A stretch of 64,000 bases of DNA from assembly GCA_051294375.1 (NCBI GenBank), contig CM119265.1, positions 17,077,172-17,141,171 of the forward strand. Direction: 5' to 3'. Positions 29,478-44,547 of the stretch are shown piece by piece. A model generated the notes under the pieces. That model had not been told where the DNA came from. It was given only the letters and a program-made list of their open reading frames with translations, and ran no database searches. Position 1 is the stretch's first letter. Every line of letters begins with the position of its first letter. A program made the position numbers and the translations under genes. Source of the DNA: Paraspadella gotoi. Its lineage: Eukaryota > Animalia > Chaetognatha.

Positions 29478-30524
29478 ACGAATGCTCTTACCTCGGTCTC
29501 GGTCGGAGGCGGAAGACGGCAGCGTCGTTGTCGTCGTCGTATCACATTTGAAGACAAACAAATGACAAAGAGTGAGAAGCAAGAAAACTTTCGTTTTGCG
29601 CCCAGAGAGTCGAGTCAATGGGAGAAGGCGGATTTCAGGGCAGCGGCGTGCGGCGGCGATGTCGACGAGCCGAGCGGTCGGGGCGGCAAGACGAGGGATG
29701 GGTTGCGGTGTATCTTCGACGCTGCGGGAAAAGGATGCGAATTTTGGATGCGGTTGTTGTTGTTGTTGTTGTTGTTGGTGAAGGAAGAAAGAAGCTTCGT
29801 TCCTGAAAAGTTCAGATATCGTTCCGGAAGGACCGCCCCTTTTCCGACGCCGCTTTTGAGGGTCCGCGGACGATCGGCGCCGCTTCCGTCTCGACGACGG
29901 CGAAAACCGGCGAAGCGGCCTCATCTCTGCGTCACACCCGGCGCTCCGGGACTCCGACCCGGGATGGGCGCGTTTTCCCATCGTCTAGGGGGGAAATCAA
30001 TCGTCGGCGGCGTCGCAATGGAACGTCGCCCCGGATTTTAATTTCGTCGCGGGGAACAATTGATCCTTGATTTGAGTCACGATGAGAAACGAATCACCGG
30101 GAATAAAATCAGCCGGGAAGAAAAATCACCCCGAGTGTAGAGTGTAGAGCGAAGACAATCGCTTCGCGGAGAGATGTTCATTTCATTTCGCGGGAAAAGT
30201 TCTTTCTTTTTTTTTTTAAACAGAGGGAATGTTCGAGACGGGGAATAGCGTCGAGATTTCACACAAAATTCGGACGTGCTAGAGCGAAGATTCGGAAGAG
30301 GGGTGTGCGAGATATCGTCCGACATTCGAATCAGCGAACCGAGAGGAGACCATTTGATCGCTGATTGAAATCTGTTGTTGTTGTGGTTGTTGTTATAGTT
30401 GTCGTTGGATTGCGTTTGTCTTCGTTTCACGCAATCTGATCAGACTGATGAACCGCCTCGCCTGAAAGAAAAGGAACGGAACGAAATGAAATGTGCCTCG
30501 TTTAAACGGAAGATGAGAGAGACA

Positions 30525-31047
<523 letters not shown>

Positions 31048-32544
31048 TCATTGAAAACTCATTACGCCCTCAGAGGACGAAGGCTGTTCTCGATATATCG
31101 GCACTCCCCCCGTTTCTTCCTTCGCTCATATTCATTACTATTCTTTCTTTTCACCTTTTGCCTTTTTCTTTTCCCTTGTTAGTTACACTCTTTTCACCTT
31201 TTGCTCTTCTGAGTAGCTTTCTCCCTTTTTCTTTTTTATAAATTAGTAAGTTTTTTTCTTTTCCTTTTTTGTTTCCTTCACTCTCTGAACGCGGCTTTGT
31301 TTGTTTTCCTTGAAAACATCGATATTAATATTACATATATCTACACTCTACAGACGAAGAGAGAGACAGCGCAACCAAAGATTAAACGGACAATAAAACT
31401 AAAAATCATCATCGATGTGCACGAAGTCGAAGAACCTGCCTGAAAAATTTTGAATGCCTACAAAAGAAACACAACCCCCCCCCCAAAAAAAAAAGCGGGA
31501 AAAAATTTTCTCGGTCCGATTTTGCCCTTTTGGTTTAATTTCACTGAAAAGACAAGATTCCATGGCAACGACGAGGCTTCGTTGTTTGGGCGGCCTCCGG
31601 GGCTGGGAGATACAGCTACTGTGGCGTCGGCGGTGGCGGCGGCGGCGGCAGAGAATCGCCTCGTTTTTCCAGTTTCCATGGATCCGGGACTCGGACGGAA
31701 TCGGAGAAAAATGAATCAAGGCGGCGGATGCAGGGGGAATCTTTTCTTGGGCTAGAAGGTTCGAGGGGGTGCCGCATAGAAATAAATTTGAGGGGCTGCG
31801 GTGGCGTGATGCAATTATGTTAAAAGAAGAAGCATATTTCGAAAGTTTCGACGGGACATAGGCTAAGCAAGAACGCTAAACACTTTCATCAAAGAGAGTT
31901 TGAAACGATCCAATCTATAAACAAACAGGCTTGTGTGAAACTGAAACTGAAACTTGTTGCGTCCACCCTTGTATCATTCGTTACGAGTAACGCAATTAGG
32001 TTTTTAAAACTAATATTATCAAAATTGACATTGGGAGGAGAGGAAGAGTTTTATCGCAGGGGCGTGACTTTTGTTTCAGGTGCGGATCGTTGGCAATAAA
32101 CCGACGCCAGTTCCGAGTTCGAGTAGCAAGAAATTCTGGATGAGAGGGGAGAGCCGTAAAAGATAAGTAGGGCAGTCGTTCGCGTTGAACCGTCAAACAG
32201 GGCACTGGTTCGATTCGGTAGATGCCGTAAACGCGGAAGAAACTAGCGGCGGACGAGTTTCTGGGTATTGCGCGCCATCGTGGGTTAATTGAGCGTTGAC
32301 GCCGCGTCGCAAGATTTGACTTTTGTCCGACGTTGGCTTAAACCGCGTCTCGTTTTTTTTAGGATGGCGAGATCGAGAGCCGAATTTATTTTTTTCGTGG
32401 GTGAGGTTTTAAGGGTGAGAGCGTTTGGCTGGGATTATTCGAAAGAGAGCGTGGGATGTGAGGGGGATTTTAGAGTGGGAGTGAACTTAATAGAGCGAGA
32501 GATTTGGGTGCGATTTCACCAAGGTTGAGCCTGGATTGGAGAGA

Positions 32545-32720
32545 TTTTTCTTTTCTTTTCTTTTCTTTTCTTTTCTTTCTTCTTTTCTTTTCTTTTTTTC
32601 TTTTTTCTTTTTCTTTCTTTCTTTCTTTTCCTTTCTTTTCTTTTTCTTTTCTTTTCTTTTCCTTTCTTTTTCTTTCTTACTTTTCTTTTCTTTTCTTTTC
32701 TTTTCTTTTCTTTTCTTTTT
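32545..32720. repeat. (TTTTC)n low-complexity tract
   Basis: Directly visible. Confidence 0.95.
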
Positions 32721-33012
32721 TCCCATCTTTTTAAAAAATGTTTCCCTTTTCTTATTTTTTCTTTTCTCTTTTCGTTTCTTAGTTTTTGAAATTCCATCTC
32801 TCCTTTATACTTGTAGTTGTATATACTAACGCCCAATTTCCTAAATTTGAATGTGCTTTTTCTTATCAACCTGGAGGGACATACAGAGATCAGTAAACCC
32901 GCGGCAGGAAGACGTCAAAAATAGCAATGAGGTGAACAACCCTGTGATAGTACAGGAAAAATGAGTCGTCCTGAAGATAGCAAAAATTTACGCGAATTTG
33001 ATATTGCAATCA

Positions 33013-33092
33013 CGTGGCGCTAGACGTGGCGCTAGACGTGGCGCTAGACGTGGCGCTAGACGTGGCGCTAGACGCGGCATTAGACTTGGCGC
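33013..33092. repeat. 12-bp tandem repeat (acgtggcgctag) x ~6
   Basis: Directly visible; the last units are degenerate. Confidence 0.9.
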
Positions 33093-34189
33093 GAGTCGTA
33101 ACATAAAAGATAAAATCGTTTTCGTCGAAAAAGAAAACCGGCAAAAGAAAGAATGAGGACATAACGGGGGAAAGGGCGTGGTAGCGAGAGGGAAGCCTAT
33201 GGCGAGAGATAAGGTCACGATGACCTTGCGGAACCTCGACGCATGAATTTCTGGCTAAGACATTAAACGACGCGAGAACATTTCCTCGATCAAGAGTGAA
33301 AGACGCGACCTATATCAACTTCGGATTTTTTTCTTCACCTTCAAAATTCACATCGATTAAAACAAAGAGCGAAGGTTTTAAAATTGCCACTGACTTTCTT
33401 TCACGCAAACGTCGTCCCTTCACGATCTAATTTTCTCTACAAACGTAATCACGACGCGAATATGTTGTTTAATAAACAATGTTTATGTATAAATTGTAAT
33501 ACAATAAAATAAAAGAAACGTTCAAATGTTGCAACTTTTATCTTGTTTGCTTTCCCTTACTCACAGAAACACATTAAACAAAAGAAATTTTTTTACTTCC
33601 CTCGATAATAATTTTCACATTTTTAGAGGAAGAAATTTTCTTCTCATCTTCCCCGAGGACAAATAGAGGGCGACACCCGGAGGAGGAGGAGGAGGAGGAG
33701 GAGGATGATGAGCCAGAGTTGATGAAGATACAGAAAATGAGGAAACATAGTCATAGAGTTGAGGATAGAGATGAGATGAGAACAAGAGAGCGGTTTTGAT
33801 GCTCGAAGATATAATAGGGAAAGTCCCATTATTTATGTTTTCGAAATAGAATATATTGTGACCGTTCAAATGGTTTTAAATGGTATCCCATGCCTATATT
33901 TTGCGACGACTTTATTTTTCTACCGTACTTTATGTTCTAACCGGACTAATACTGTTCCATATAGCTGTCGAGAACCGATGTTGTTATTGTTATGTTTCCG
34001 AAGTGTAAATTTATTTCAGCGTTAATCCGCCCAAGGCGAATCGGGCCCTCGCTGTTATGGTGCCATGGTGCAAATGCGAGGAGGACGCGCCTGTCGTCTC
34101 GCCACTCGACGGCCTAAATGGTTGTCGAGGGACGGCGAATCCGCGCATATATATAAGTCTCTTCTTTCGGCCCAAACTTATCATCATCA

Positions 34190-34472
34190 TCTTCGTCGTC
34201 TTCGTCGTCGTCGTCGTCGTCGTCGTCGCTGTGGTCGTCCTAGTTCCATTCGTCTCTTCCACCCCTTCACGGTTGAGAAGAGAGTTTTTTTCTTTTGCTT
34301 CGGCCCCATTCTCGTTTCGTCTTCTTCAATGTCGTCGTCGTCTTCGTCGTCGTCGTGTGTCGTCGTCGTCGTCGCTGTGGTCGTCCTAGTTCCATTCGTC
34401 TCTTCCACCCTCACGTTGAGAAAGAGTTTTTTCTTTTGCTTCGGCCCCATTCTCGCTTTCGTCTTCTTCAAT

Positions 34473-34510
<38 letters not shown>

Positions 34511-35200
34511 TGTGGTCGTCCTAGTTCCATTCGTCTCTTCCACCCCTCACGGTTGAGAAAAGAGTTTTTTCTTTTGCTTCGGCCCCATTCTCGCTTTCGC
34601 CTTCTTCAATGTCGATCGCGTCTTCGTCGTCGTCGTCGTCGTCGTCGTCGCTGTGGTCGTCCTAGTTCCATTCGTTCTTCCACCCCTCACGGTTGAGAAG
34701 AGAGTTTTTTCTTTTGCTTCGGCCCCATTCTCGCTTTCGTCTTCCTTTCTGTCGTCGTCGTCGTCGTCGTCGTCGCTGTGGTCGTCCTAGTTCCATTCGT
34801 CTCTTCCACCCCCTCACGGTTGAGAAGAGAGTTTTTTCTTTTGCTTCGGCCCCATTCTCCGCTTTCGTCTTCTTCAATGTCGTCGTCGTCTTCGTCGTCG
34901 TCGTCGTCGTCGTCGTGCTGTGGTCGTCCTAGTTCCATTCGTCTCTTCCACCCCCTCACGGTTGAGAAGAAGAGTTTTTTCTTTGCTTCGGCCCCATTCT
35001 CGCTTTCGTCTTCTTCAATGTCGTCGTCGTCTTCGTCCGTCGTCGCGTCGTGTCGTCGTCGCTGTGGTCGTCCTAGTTCCATTCGTCTCTTCCACCCCCT
35101 CACGGTTGAGAAGAGAGTTTTTTCTTTTGCTTCGGCCCCATTCTCGCTTTCGTCTTCTTCAATGTCGACCCCCCCGTCGTCTTCGTCGTCGTCGTCGTCC
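34190..35200. repeat. Minisatellite, 7 units of ~125-146 bp with an embedded variable (GTC)n tract
   Basis: gctgtggtcgtcctagttccattcgt recurs at ~34228, 34374, 34509, 34650, 34774, 34917 and 35061. Confidence 0.95.
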
Positions 35201-35579
35201 TCAGTATGTGCGACCGGAATGCAAATGAGATTTTTCTTAAACTTAAATTCGAACCCAGATTTTTTATGCGAGTAAACCGAAAAAAAAAATAAATAAAGAA
35301 GACCCCAAGCCATGAACTAAAAACTGAAAAACTAAAAAAGAAAAACCAGTTTACTGTATTGACTTAACTGTCTAGTCGACAGTGTCGACAGTCTCGACTG
35401 TTTAGTCTATTTCTATTTTCTTTAGATGGGCGCGCGGTAACCGGGTTTATGGAAGAGTCACAAGTTGAAAGTTCGATAGAGGGTTGCCATTCGCTCGAAC
35501 ATCTTTCTTCTCGCTCTTCACCACCAAAATGTTTTTGGTTTCAATTTCCGCCTCCCTTTCGCTTTTCTACCGTCGATTT

Positions 35580-35646
<67 letters not shown>

Positions 35647-37029
35647 TTCCCGTTTCCTCTTTTATGTCGTTTCTCACTCCAGCCCTAAATTGAAAATAAA
35701 ATCCGAGTCTGTCTCCTGAGGAAGATTTTATCGCTTTTACAGTTCCGTCGATAAAATGGCGGAAATCGGAGCCTCGATTTCGCATCTCGGCTCCAGAGAC
35801 TCATGTCTTCACAATTATAACACGAAACGTTCGTTTTATATGTTGTAATTACATACTTCTCCATTTAATTAGTTAATCTTCACATCAGGGACACTAACAG
35901 GGTTATCAAAATTTATTTTTGTTTTGTTTTAATAAAAGCCCCGTTCACAAAACTAATGAACGAAAACTCATTATTTTATTCTGTTTTTTTTTTTTGGTGT
36001 TCATTCTCTTTGTTTTAGTTTGATTAATTTCGTTTTTTTTTCTTTGTTTTTTTTGTTGTTTTTGTTTTTTTGTTTTTTGTTTTTGTAGACGAGAGTAAAT
36101 CGGAGAGGAACCGGATTTCATTTATTTGGCCACCGAGTCGTCAACGACGACGACGATGATGATAACTACGACTATGATATCGACAATCTTGATGATAACT
36201 CAACGACGACGACCAATCAACGACGACCACAATAACGATGATAACGAGAAGTAAGCGGGAAAACAACCGAGAATCATTTCTCCTCAATTCGCATTTCATC
36301 AACTCGTTTGGATGGCGTGACACGACGGGCAATATGGCGAATGGAAAACCCGCCCCGTGACAAGTGTGAATTCCGTCGACAGGAAATCGATGATCATTCA
36401 CGGTTTTTTTGCGTGATAAGCCAACTTTGACATCGAGACAATTGCACCGTCTCCAGGGTTCATCAATGCGCGATTCGAAATCGACTCTCGTTTTGCAACG
36501 GACGGTCGACGTTTGGCTGGCGTTTAAATAACGAGTCAACTACGTGCGAATGACACTGGTATGAGTCAGATCTGGATTCAATGTACAAATAAAATGATCA
36601 AGGCATTGTGATAGTAACTCGGACGTGACGCGGACGTGACGGACGCAAACGCAAAGCACTACCACTACCAACATCTATGGCGACGCGGTAGGGTTTTGGC
36701 GGGGCCATTCTGAAACGAAAGAATAGCTCGCTTATCATGTTTCATAACTTTTCAGGCCATGCGGGCAGCGAGTTTGTGTAAGGATTCGTTGCCATTCCAT
36801 TTGATGGTAGACTTTTTAGCTTGCCAACGGGTCATAAAACAGTTTTATCATTTCTGCTTTAATTTTTGGGTAGGCTGTTTCAGTCTTTTGTTTATAAAAG
36901 TGTGACGAGAACGAGACTCGGACGGGACTAAGGCGAGAATTAAGCCGAAGCCGTTTAGAAAGACTCTTGTAACGCCTTTAACTCTATCGTTTGATGATAA
37001 TAGAACCCGGATTAAATCTAAATCCGTTT

Positions 37030-37166
<137 letters not shown>

Positions 37167-39627
37167 GAGAGAGACAGAGAGAGAGAGAGAGCGCTATCCA
37201 AACTCATTTCCGCTGATGCAAACACGATAGCTGAGAGTAACTAAAAGACTTTCCATTTTCGTTTAGTCTGACGAATCTTAAAAACTGAGTATCGGTTACC
37301 TTTACAGTGCAATCGATAAAAGGCGATTCCTCGGCTCGGTATTGCTAATGGAATTTCGTATTTTCGCCTTTCAGTCGCTAATGGAATTTCTCTTAGCATT
37401 TTTTCTATTTTCACTCGAATATATTCGTTTCTATTTGCCTTTTTTTTTTCAGTCTGCGTAGGAGGAGCGGGTTGAAGTTGAACTCGTTTTATGGAGAGAC
37501 GGGAAACAAAAGGGCGCAGGGGTTGGGAAGGGCTAGTGAAGGGTCGGGAGGCCGGGCACGGAGAGGGCGCCCAAAGTAGAAGATTGCCTTTCCTAGTCGT
37601 TCTCTTCTTGGGTGGAAGAGAAGATCACCGCCTCGGCTCCTAACGTCAACTCAGCGAAAAAAAAGTTTAACAAGAAAATGGCGGAGTCGTTGAGTAGAGC
37701 GAGTGGGGAGAGCGAGATAGTGGAGAGGGGGAGGGGAGGGGGCGGGTGATTTGACAGTGATTACCGAAAACGAAAGACGTGGACTTAAAGCATGGTGGAA
37801 TGAGGGTGGAACTTGATCGATTAAAAGTAGCTGAATATATAATTGTATAATTGTATAATAATCAAGAGGTACAAAATTGATTTATTCATAATTCAAATTC
37901 TTTCAAGGGGAAAAAAAGGTATTGCGGATAACTAATGGAGAGTAGAGAGAAAAGCAGCGAGTTGAGTGTAGGACGTAAAGGTTTTTTAAAGGAGGCGATT
38001 AAAGACTTTGGCTCTGGTGGATGATTGGAAGCCGAGCTTGGGCTGGAACGGAGCCATTCTTGGGACGAGAAATAAAGTTAAGGACGCGCTCGGCGAAGGG
38101 AGTTGTTGAGAGAAGCTGTCCGGAGATAATGGGGAAGGGAACTCTTGATTCCAAGTAAAAGTGGGAACATCTTTCAGGATGTTGTCAAGAGGTAGGATTT
38201 GTAGCCTTTCTGTTCCCATTGTTCTGCTCAGCTATGCGTCTGAGAAATTCGTCAAAGATGTGTTATGCAATAAAGCAGACAGCGAGAGGCGGGAAGAAGA
38301 TGGTAAGGTTGAGAGCGATGGAAGCTAGAGGGCACGAACGGAAGTCGTAGCCAGACGCTTCTGGATTTTCAAACGCGTGGAATTTTTTTTTCCTCGCAGT
38401 TTGAATTCGTTATTTTTGAGTCGCAAACGGCAAGGCTCCCTTTTTTTTTTCATTCGTCGTATTTTCTTGAAAAGAAAAATAAAATCGGAAAGAAGAGAAA
38501 ATTGGCGAAGAGATAAAAACGGAAATAAAAATAACAGAAACGACGAAGTTCAAAGGAAAAGGGAAAGAAAACTGAAACGAAAATGTATTTTGACAATAAA
38601 AATAATCGCTTGTAAGGATTTTAAACTAGGTTTAATTGGTACGTAATACCGCCCGAAACGAGAAAAATGTTTGGGCTCGAGTTGAAATACAGATGTTAAT
38701 ATATATATAAAAAATCACAGCAGAAAAAAAAAATAAACAAAGAAGCAAAACGAGCAAAAGAGAAAGAAAAAAGAAAGGATGGAAAAGAAAACTAGATTGG
38801 CAAGAAATTGAAGAGAAAAGATGAGGCAAAAGCCAACACCGGAAAAAAGTAACAAAATTAGCAACTTGTCTATATTTTTTTTTTCAATCTCGCTACCGCT
38901 AGGGGAAAAGGAATAGCCAGAGTGAAAAAAAGGGGGAGAAAAAAATCAAGAAAGTGGATTTTAAAGTCTGGTTAGCAAGTTTGATGAAACGGAAAAAAAA
39001 ACCCCCTTTTTTGGCAGGAAAGGAGGGAGCGGAGAGAATAAAAAAGAAAACACAAAACTAAATCAAGAAAAAATATAATTTCGTTTTTATTTTTTTACGA
39101 ATTAAAGCTGGAGCCGGAATACGAGAGTTCTCTACGGAAGCGTCTTTGCTTATTCCGGATCATTGGTATACGAAAACGATGACGGGAGCCGATGTCATTA
39201 TGCGTTTTAGTTAAAGAATGATGATCACTAAAACAAATTTTGTGGACTTTAAGCGTTCGAAAATTAGTGCAAAAAATGAATCAATCTAATCATCAATAAC
39301 AAAATGTATAGAGCCTTAGGAAATAAAGCCCGCGCGGGGCCTTGGCGCTTTGGGATTTAGCAATATTGCGGAGGGAAGGAGCCGAGATGAGAAATATTCC
39401 ATCGAGGTTTAGAAGATGAGAACGTTTGTGGAGTTGAGAGATTTCTGGCTCTTGGCAAGGATTTGGTATAACTTTGGAAGCGGGTTTTCGAATGGAAAGA
39501 CGAAGGAGATTAAAACATGACGTCCGCTCGTTACAAAGAGCGCCCTTCTGCGATAACGTTCCAATTTCGCTTGAAAATCGTTTGGAATCGTCTTGGGCTT
39601 GGGCTCAACTTTTGCATCTCTTTCTCG

Positions 39628-39930
39628 TTTTTAGTTGCGCCGCGAGTACTCGGGGATCTTTTCGGTCGGTCTGTCGGTCTGTCTGTCGGTCGGTTTGTCT
39701 ATTCGTCGGTCTGTCCCACTTACGTTAAAAAATTCGCCTATAGTTGGTTGCTCAATTGCTCAATGCTCATTTGTTATGACAGAAAAAAATCTCAAATCTA
39801 AGTGACTGCTAGCGCCGCCTTCAGGAAATCCTTAAACTATATGGAATAAAAGACGGATTTCGATGCTTTGCATGTCATAAATACAAAGGCTAAGAAAGTT
39901 TTTTAGTCATGTCATATCATATCATGTGAT
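39628..39930 (+). mobile_element. HINE/DINE-1-like (Helentron-associated) non-autonomous element
   Basis: Starts ttttagttgcgccgcgagtactcg, then a (GTCG/GTCT)n tetranucleotide tract and an AT-rich core. A homologous inverted copy lies at 53885-54142. This architecture is typical of HINEs. Confidence 0.6.
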
Positions 39931-40525
39931 CAAATGGAAATACAAGTGAAAATAAAGTCACTGCGACGCAACACAATGGAATCGCCGTTCTTGTTCTTTT
40001 AACTCCACCCCCACACATCCGTTGCTTGTTTATTTGTAGTTTCTGGCTACTCCTCCTTCAACCCTTCGTCCTACTCCTCTCTCCCCATTTATTTCGCCCC
40101 TCCTTCCTTTCTTTACCCAATGCCCACTCCCCTCCTCTTTCTCCCACATTTCTTTGCCCATCCCCCTCTTGCCATCCTCTTCTCTTTTATTTTACCCACC
40201 AAGTTCCCACCTCCTTTCTTTCCACCCCCCGACTGTTTCGCCTTTGGCTTTCCCTCCACTAATTTTTATCAACACGTGAGTTTTCCCTCGACGAAGCTGT
40301 CCGATTTCTTTTCACTTCCTCGGGCTCTCTCTCACTTCCTCCTCGCTTCTTGTAACGCTACCTATTTTTTGACATCGCATAAAAATATACATAAAATACA
40401 CACTAACAATAAATAGGTTATTTCGCTCCCCTTGTCGGAAAGCGATTCACCTTCAGATCACGTGTTTATCACGGAGCGCTCACGTGAAACGGTCCCGCGT
40501 TACTTTGCCGTGGCGACGGGGAGAA

Positions 40526-40562
<37 letters not shown>

Positions 40563-40800
40563 AGAGAGAGAGAGAGAGAGAGATAGGGGGTTCCATCCCC
40601 GTTTGATGATTTATTCATGAGGGAAGAGAGAAAAATTGATATTCGAAGAGAGTTGGAGTGCGTTTGAGAGAGAAAGAGTGTGAAAGAAAAAGCACGAGAA
40701 AAAAAATGAGAATTGAGAAAGAAAAAAATAACTCGAAGAGGACGAAAAAAAAAAAGAAAGAGAAAAAAAGATTTCATCGCCCTCCAGGTTTTCTCTCTCT

Positions 40801-40872
<72 letters not shown>

Positions 40873-42143
40873 TCTCTCTCTATCTCTCTCTCTCTCTCTT
40901 GTTCCCCCTTTTATTCGCGGGTTTTATGATTCAATTCTCGACAGACGAATCCAGTGGATCATAAAAAAAAAGATCCGAAGAAGAAAAGTGGAAGGAATTT
41001 CCCCCCCCCTTCCTTTGTCCCCTCGACCTCTCTACTCACCTCTTCTCCTGCCCACCTCTCAACCGACCCTTCGACGCGAATATGAAGAGAATCTGTCATT
41101 CGAAGGAGACGGGAGAGATTACGTATCTTAAAACTCTGCGTGACGGACTGCGTCACTCGGGAGTCATTTAAAGCGAAAAGGAAGGAATCGACGGCGCTCC
41201 ACGACGAACCGACGCCGTTGCTAAGCGACGCCGACAAATTCGAAATACAAATTATGCGAAAAAAAAAAATCTCAAAACGAAGTGTTTGCGATGGAAAAGA
41301 AACTTCGGTGTACAACTGTACATAACTGTAACGTACTTATTCTAACGAACGCCAATCGTTGCTCACTCGAAAATATTTCGACGTCATCCTCTAAGGCTCC
41401 GCCTACGACGTCGCCCTCTGGCGACGTCACTTTCAAAAGTGCCAACTAATCTTCTTTCAACGAAATCCGTCATTTTTTCCCTTCCGCTTTTGCAATTCGG
41501 CTTTTAAATTTTTCCAGAGTCTAGTTTTCCTCTTTTAGCGTTTAGCGCTGATTTCTTTCGCCGTCGGAAAATTTTTTTTCTCGAGATTTTTGTTGATATA
41601 TTTTTCAAAACAAAGTGGCGAGAATAGAATTGTAAAATGTCAAGAGGACTGCCGCCATTTTAAAGTTTGAATATCTCGGAACATATGTTTTGGGTTTTTC
41701 TTGATAAAGGAAGAGAAAAAGAGAAATTAACCTCCCCAAGCTTGCACAATGCACATTGTACAAGCATCTCGTCCCATTTCACCAGGCTTGATACCCGGGC
41801 ATTTCTTGTGCGAATGACTTGACTCCAAATCACAAATCATACCAAAAAAAATTGCTAAATATTCCGTCCACGACGAGTGTCCAATGTCCTCATGACTCGA
41901 TATCAACTCTTGCTCCGCTCGCTCATTTAAAATTCGCCTCGAAATCCGTGTGTGAAATAGGGGATGTCAGTTTGAGAGATAAAGAGAGAATGAAGACAGT
42001 AAGGGACAGAAAATGGACAGAAGGGGGATAGTAGGAGAAGCTTTGGATATAAAGAAAAAAAAAAAAAAGAAGACGAAAAAGACGAGAGGGAAAACGACGA
42101 CGAAGAAACCTCTTCGAATGGAGTAATGAAATGTGATTTGCGA

Positions 42144-42215
<72 letters not shown>

Positions 42216-43429
42216 GAGAGAGAGGAGAGAGAGAGAGAAAGAAAGAAAGAGGTGACGCATTAAAACCATTTCTGCGGAAAACGATAAGGAGAGACGAAAA
42301 TAAAAGGTCTCTGTCGTTGTCCGACTAAATTCAACGATTTTCAACATAACCCTTGTCCGTTCGCGACTGACACCAAAAAAATGCGTACTATTTCTCATTG
42401 GATAAATATTTTTTTAATTTTCTTTCCTCATTCTATAGCAAGGTACTGGACGTTTATTATATTTTAATTTCATAAGATTAATGGTCATCCAATTTCATAT
42501 TCAGTAAAAAACTGAATCTTTTAAAGAAAGAAAATCATTATAAATTAATTACTCATTAATTACTTAAAATTATTAAAATTTATTGACACCATTAAATTAA
42601 GAATTATCTGGGACTTCTTATGATATAAAATAATTATTTAAAACAGTCAAGAACATGCTCAAGACAGCATTTTTTTTCTAATTGGACGAAAACTTAAGAT
42701 ATCTTATGATGTAAAATTTAAATATAACAAAATTAAATATAGAATAGTAAATGAATTAAACACGAAATGAAACTTATATATAAAAAACGTCCAGTAATTC
42801 TCCAACTAATGATATACTTATGAATTATATTTATTAAATATTTAAAGTATAGTAAAGATTTTTTTGGTGTCACTCGCGAACGGATACCGGGTAGAAAAAT
42901 AATAATCGCGCAATAAAACAGATTTAAAACGAGAAAATAGCTTGGTGCATCTTGATGGAGTCGGACGGTCATCTGCCGCTACCTCTTTTCGTATCCTGCC
43001 TGCCATCAGCCGCCTATCCGAAATACGATCAAGTTATCCCAACCGTATTCCCCTGCCACTTGCCACTTTCTCCAACCACGTTCGCTCGCCATCGTGCGCC
43101 AGTCGCCAACGGTCGTTCAACCAAAGATGCGCGCTCCCCGAGTCCGAATTGACGCCACAAATTCTCCCATAAATCTCGTCACAACCGCGTGGCGTCTCCG
43201 TCTCAAACGGCGCCGTCCAATCACGAGCGTGACGAATGACGCCGTCGCCTTCGTCCGATAATCTCCGTCACTCGATCGCGAATCAGTTTTCTAAAAATTC
43301 AAAGTAGAAACGGTTCCCGTCTAACGACGATGATTGACGACGTGGATAGCGTCTTTCCGTCTCCTAGCAACGCGCAAATATTACGAGAAAAGTCTGTCTG
43401 AATTATGGCGAATTTAGCGCCAACGGCGA

Positions 43430-44510
43430 GACTTTGTTGTAACTCACTTGATGTCGCTTTCAACCTCGCTGCTACCATAACATCCGGGCACTTTGGCGCA
43501 TCTGGCGCCGACGTCGGTGGCGCCGGCGGCGTTCCGCGTCGGCGCGTCGGTTATCGCTTAGACGCAGCAGATGAAAACAGGAAGAGGAAATGGGTTTGTT
43601 GGATTTTCTAGAGAATTTGACGAATGAAAATTGGCGTAACTTCTATGTTTTTTTTATGTTTTTAGTTTTTTTGGTTTTTTTTTTAATAGGCATTTTTCCT
43701 GTTGGTTGGTCGTTCGGTCTCTCTCTATCTTCTTCTCTTCTCTCTCTCTTCTCTTCATCTCCATCTCTCTCTCTCTCTTTCTCTTTTTTCTATTTCTCTC
43801 TCTCTAACATTTATAAGGGTTCTGATCGTATTTATCGAGCGTATTTTGACAGGTTTTTCGAAATTTCTTTCCTCAACGAAAAAAAGAACAAACAGAAGGC
43901 CCAATGAAGACAACAAGAGCCCAAACAAAAGAACAACAGAAGCCCTTGAAAAACTGATCACCAAAAAAAATATTGAAGCATCGAATGACGCCTCTCGTCG
44001 AGTAAAATTCTGTCTTTGCTATCCACCACCATCTATTGAACTATCGTTCTCCTCATAATTCCGCCACTCACGCCACCACCCTTTCGCTGGCATTCGCCAT
44101 TCGAGCGACCGATGCAATCCCTCCCACGATGGCGCGCGCCGCCGTCCAACGACGAAGCCTCGAAAGCTTAAACAAAAAACAGACGAACTCATTTGTCTAG
44201 AATCTGTCCTTGGGGTAGCGGGGGTAAGGGGGAATAAGGGTTGGGGAATGAGGGAGAGAGAAGAGAGAGAGAGAGGGAGGAGAAAGAAAGCTTTAAAAAA
44301 ATTGGCAAAAAAAAAAAAAAAAAAAAGAAAGGAAGAAAAAAACCGTTAGCGACTTTTCTGTCGAACGTCAAGTGCTTCTTCGACTCGGCAGATCTTTGCT
44401 GCTTCAGAATAAACAAAGAAGCTTTTCCGTGAAATGCATATATCCGTTTTTCGTATCCATATTGAAGACTGAAGAGTGTGTGTGGAGTGTCCTTGCGTCT
44501 CTAACGCGTA

Positions 44511-44547
<37 letters not shown>

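Noticed and set aside
34190-35200. CRISPR-like array or repeat-protein ORFs
   Set aside because: The context is eukaryotic, the whole unit is repeated with no unique spacers, and the ORFs are frameshifted low-complexity artefacts.
38265-38335. Minus-strand peptide LTIFFPPLAV resembling Pmp3/UPF0057
   Set aside because: An immediate stop follows and there is no second helix or supporting exon; likely chance.
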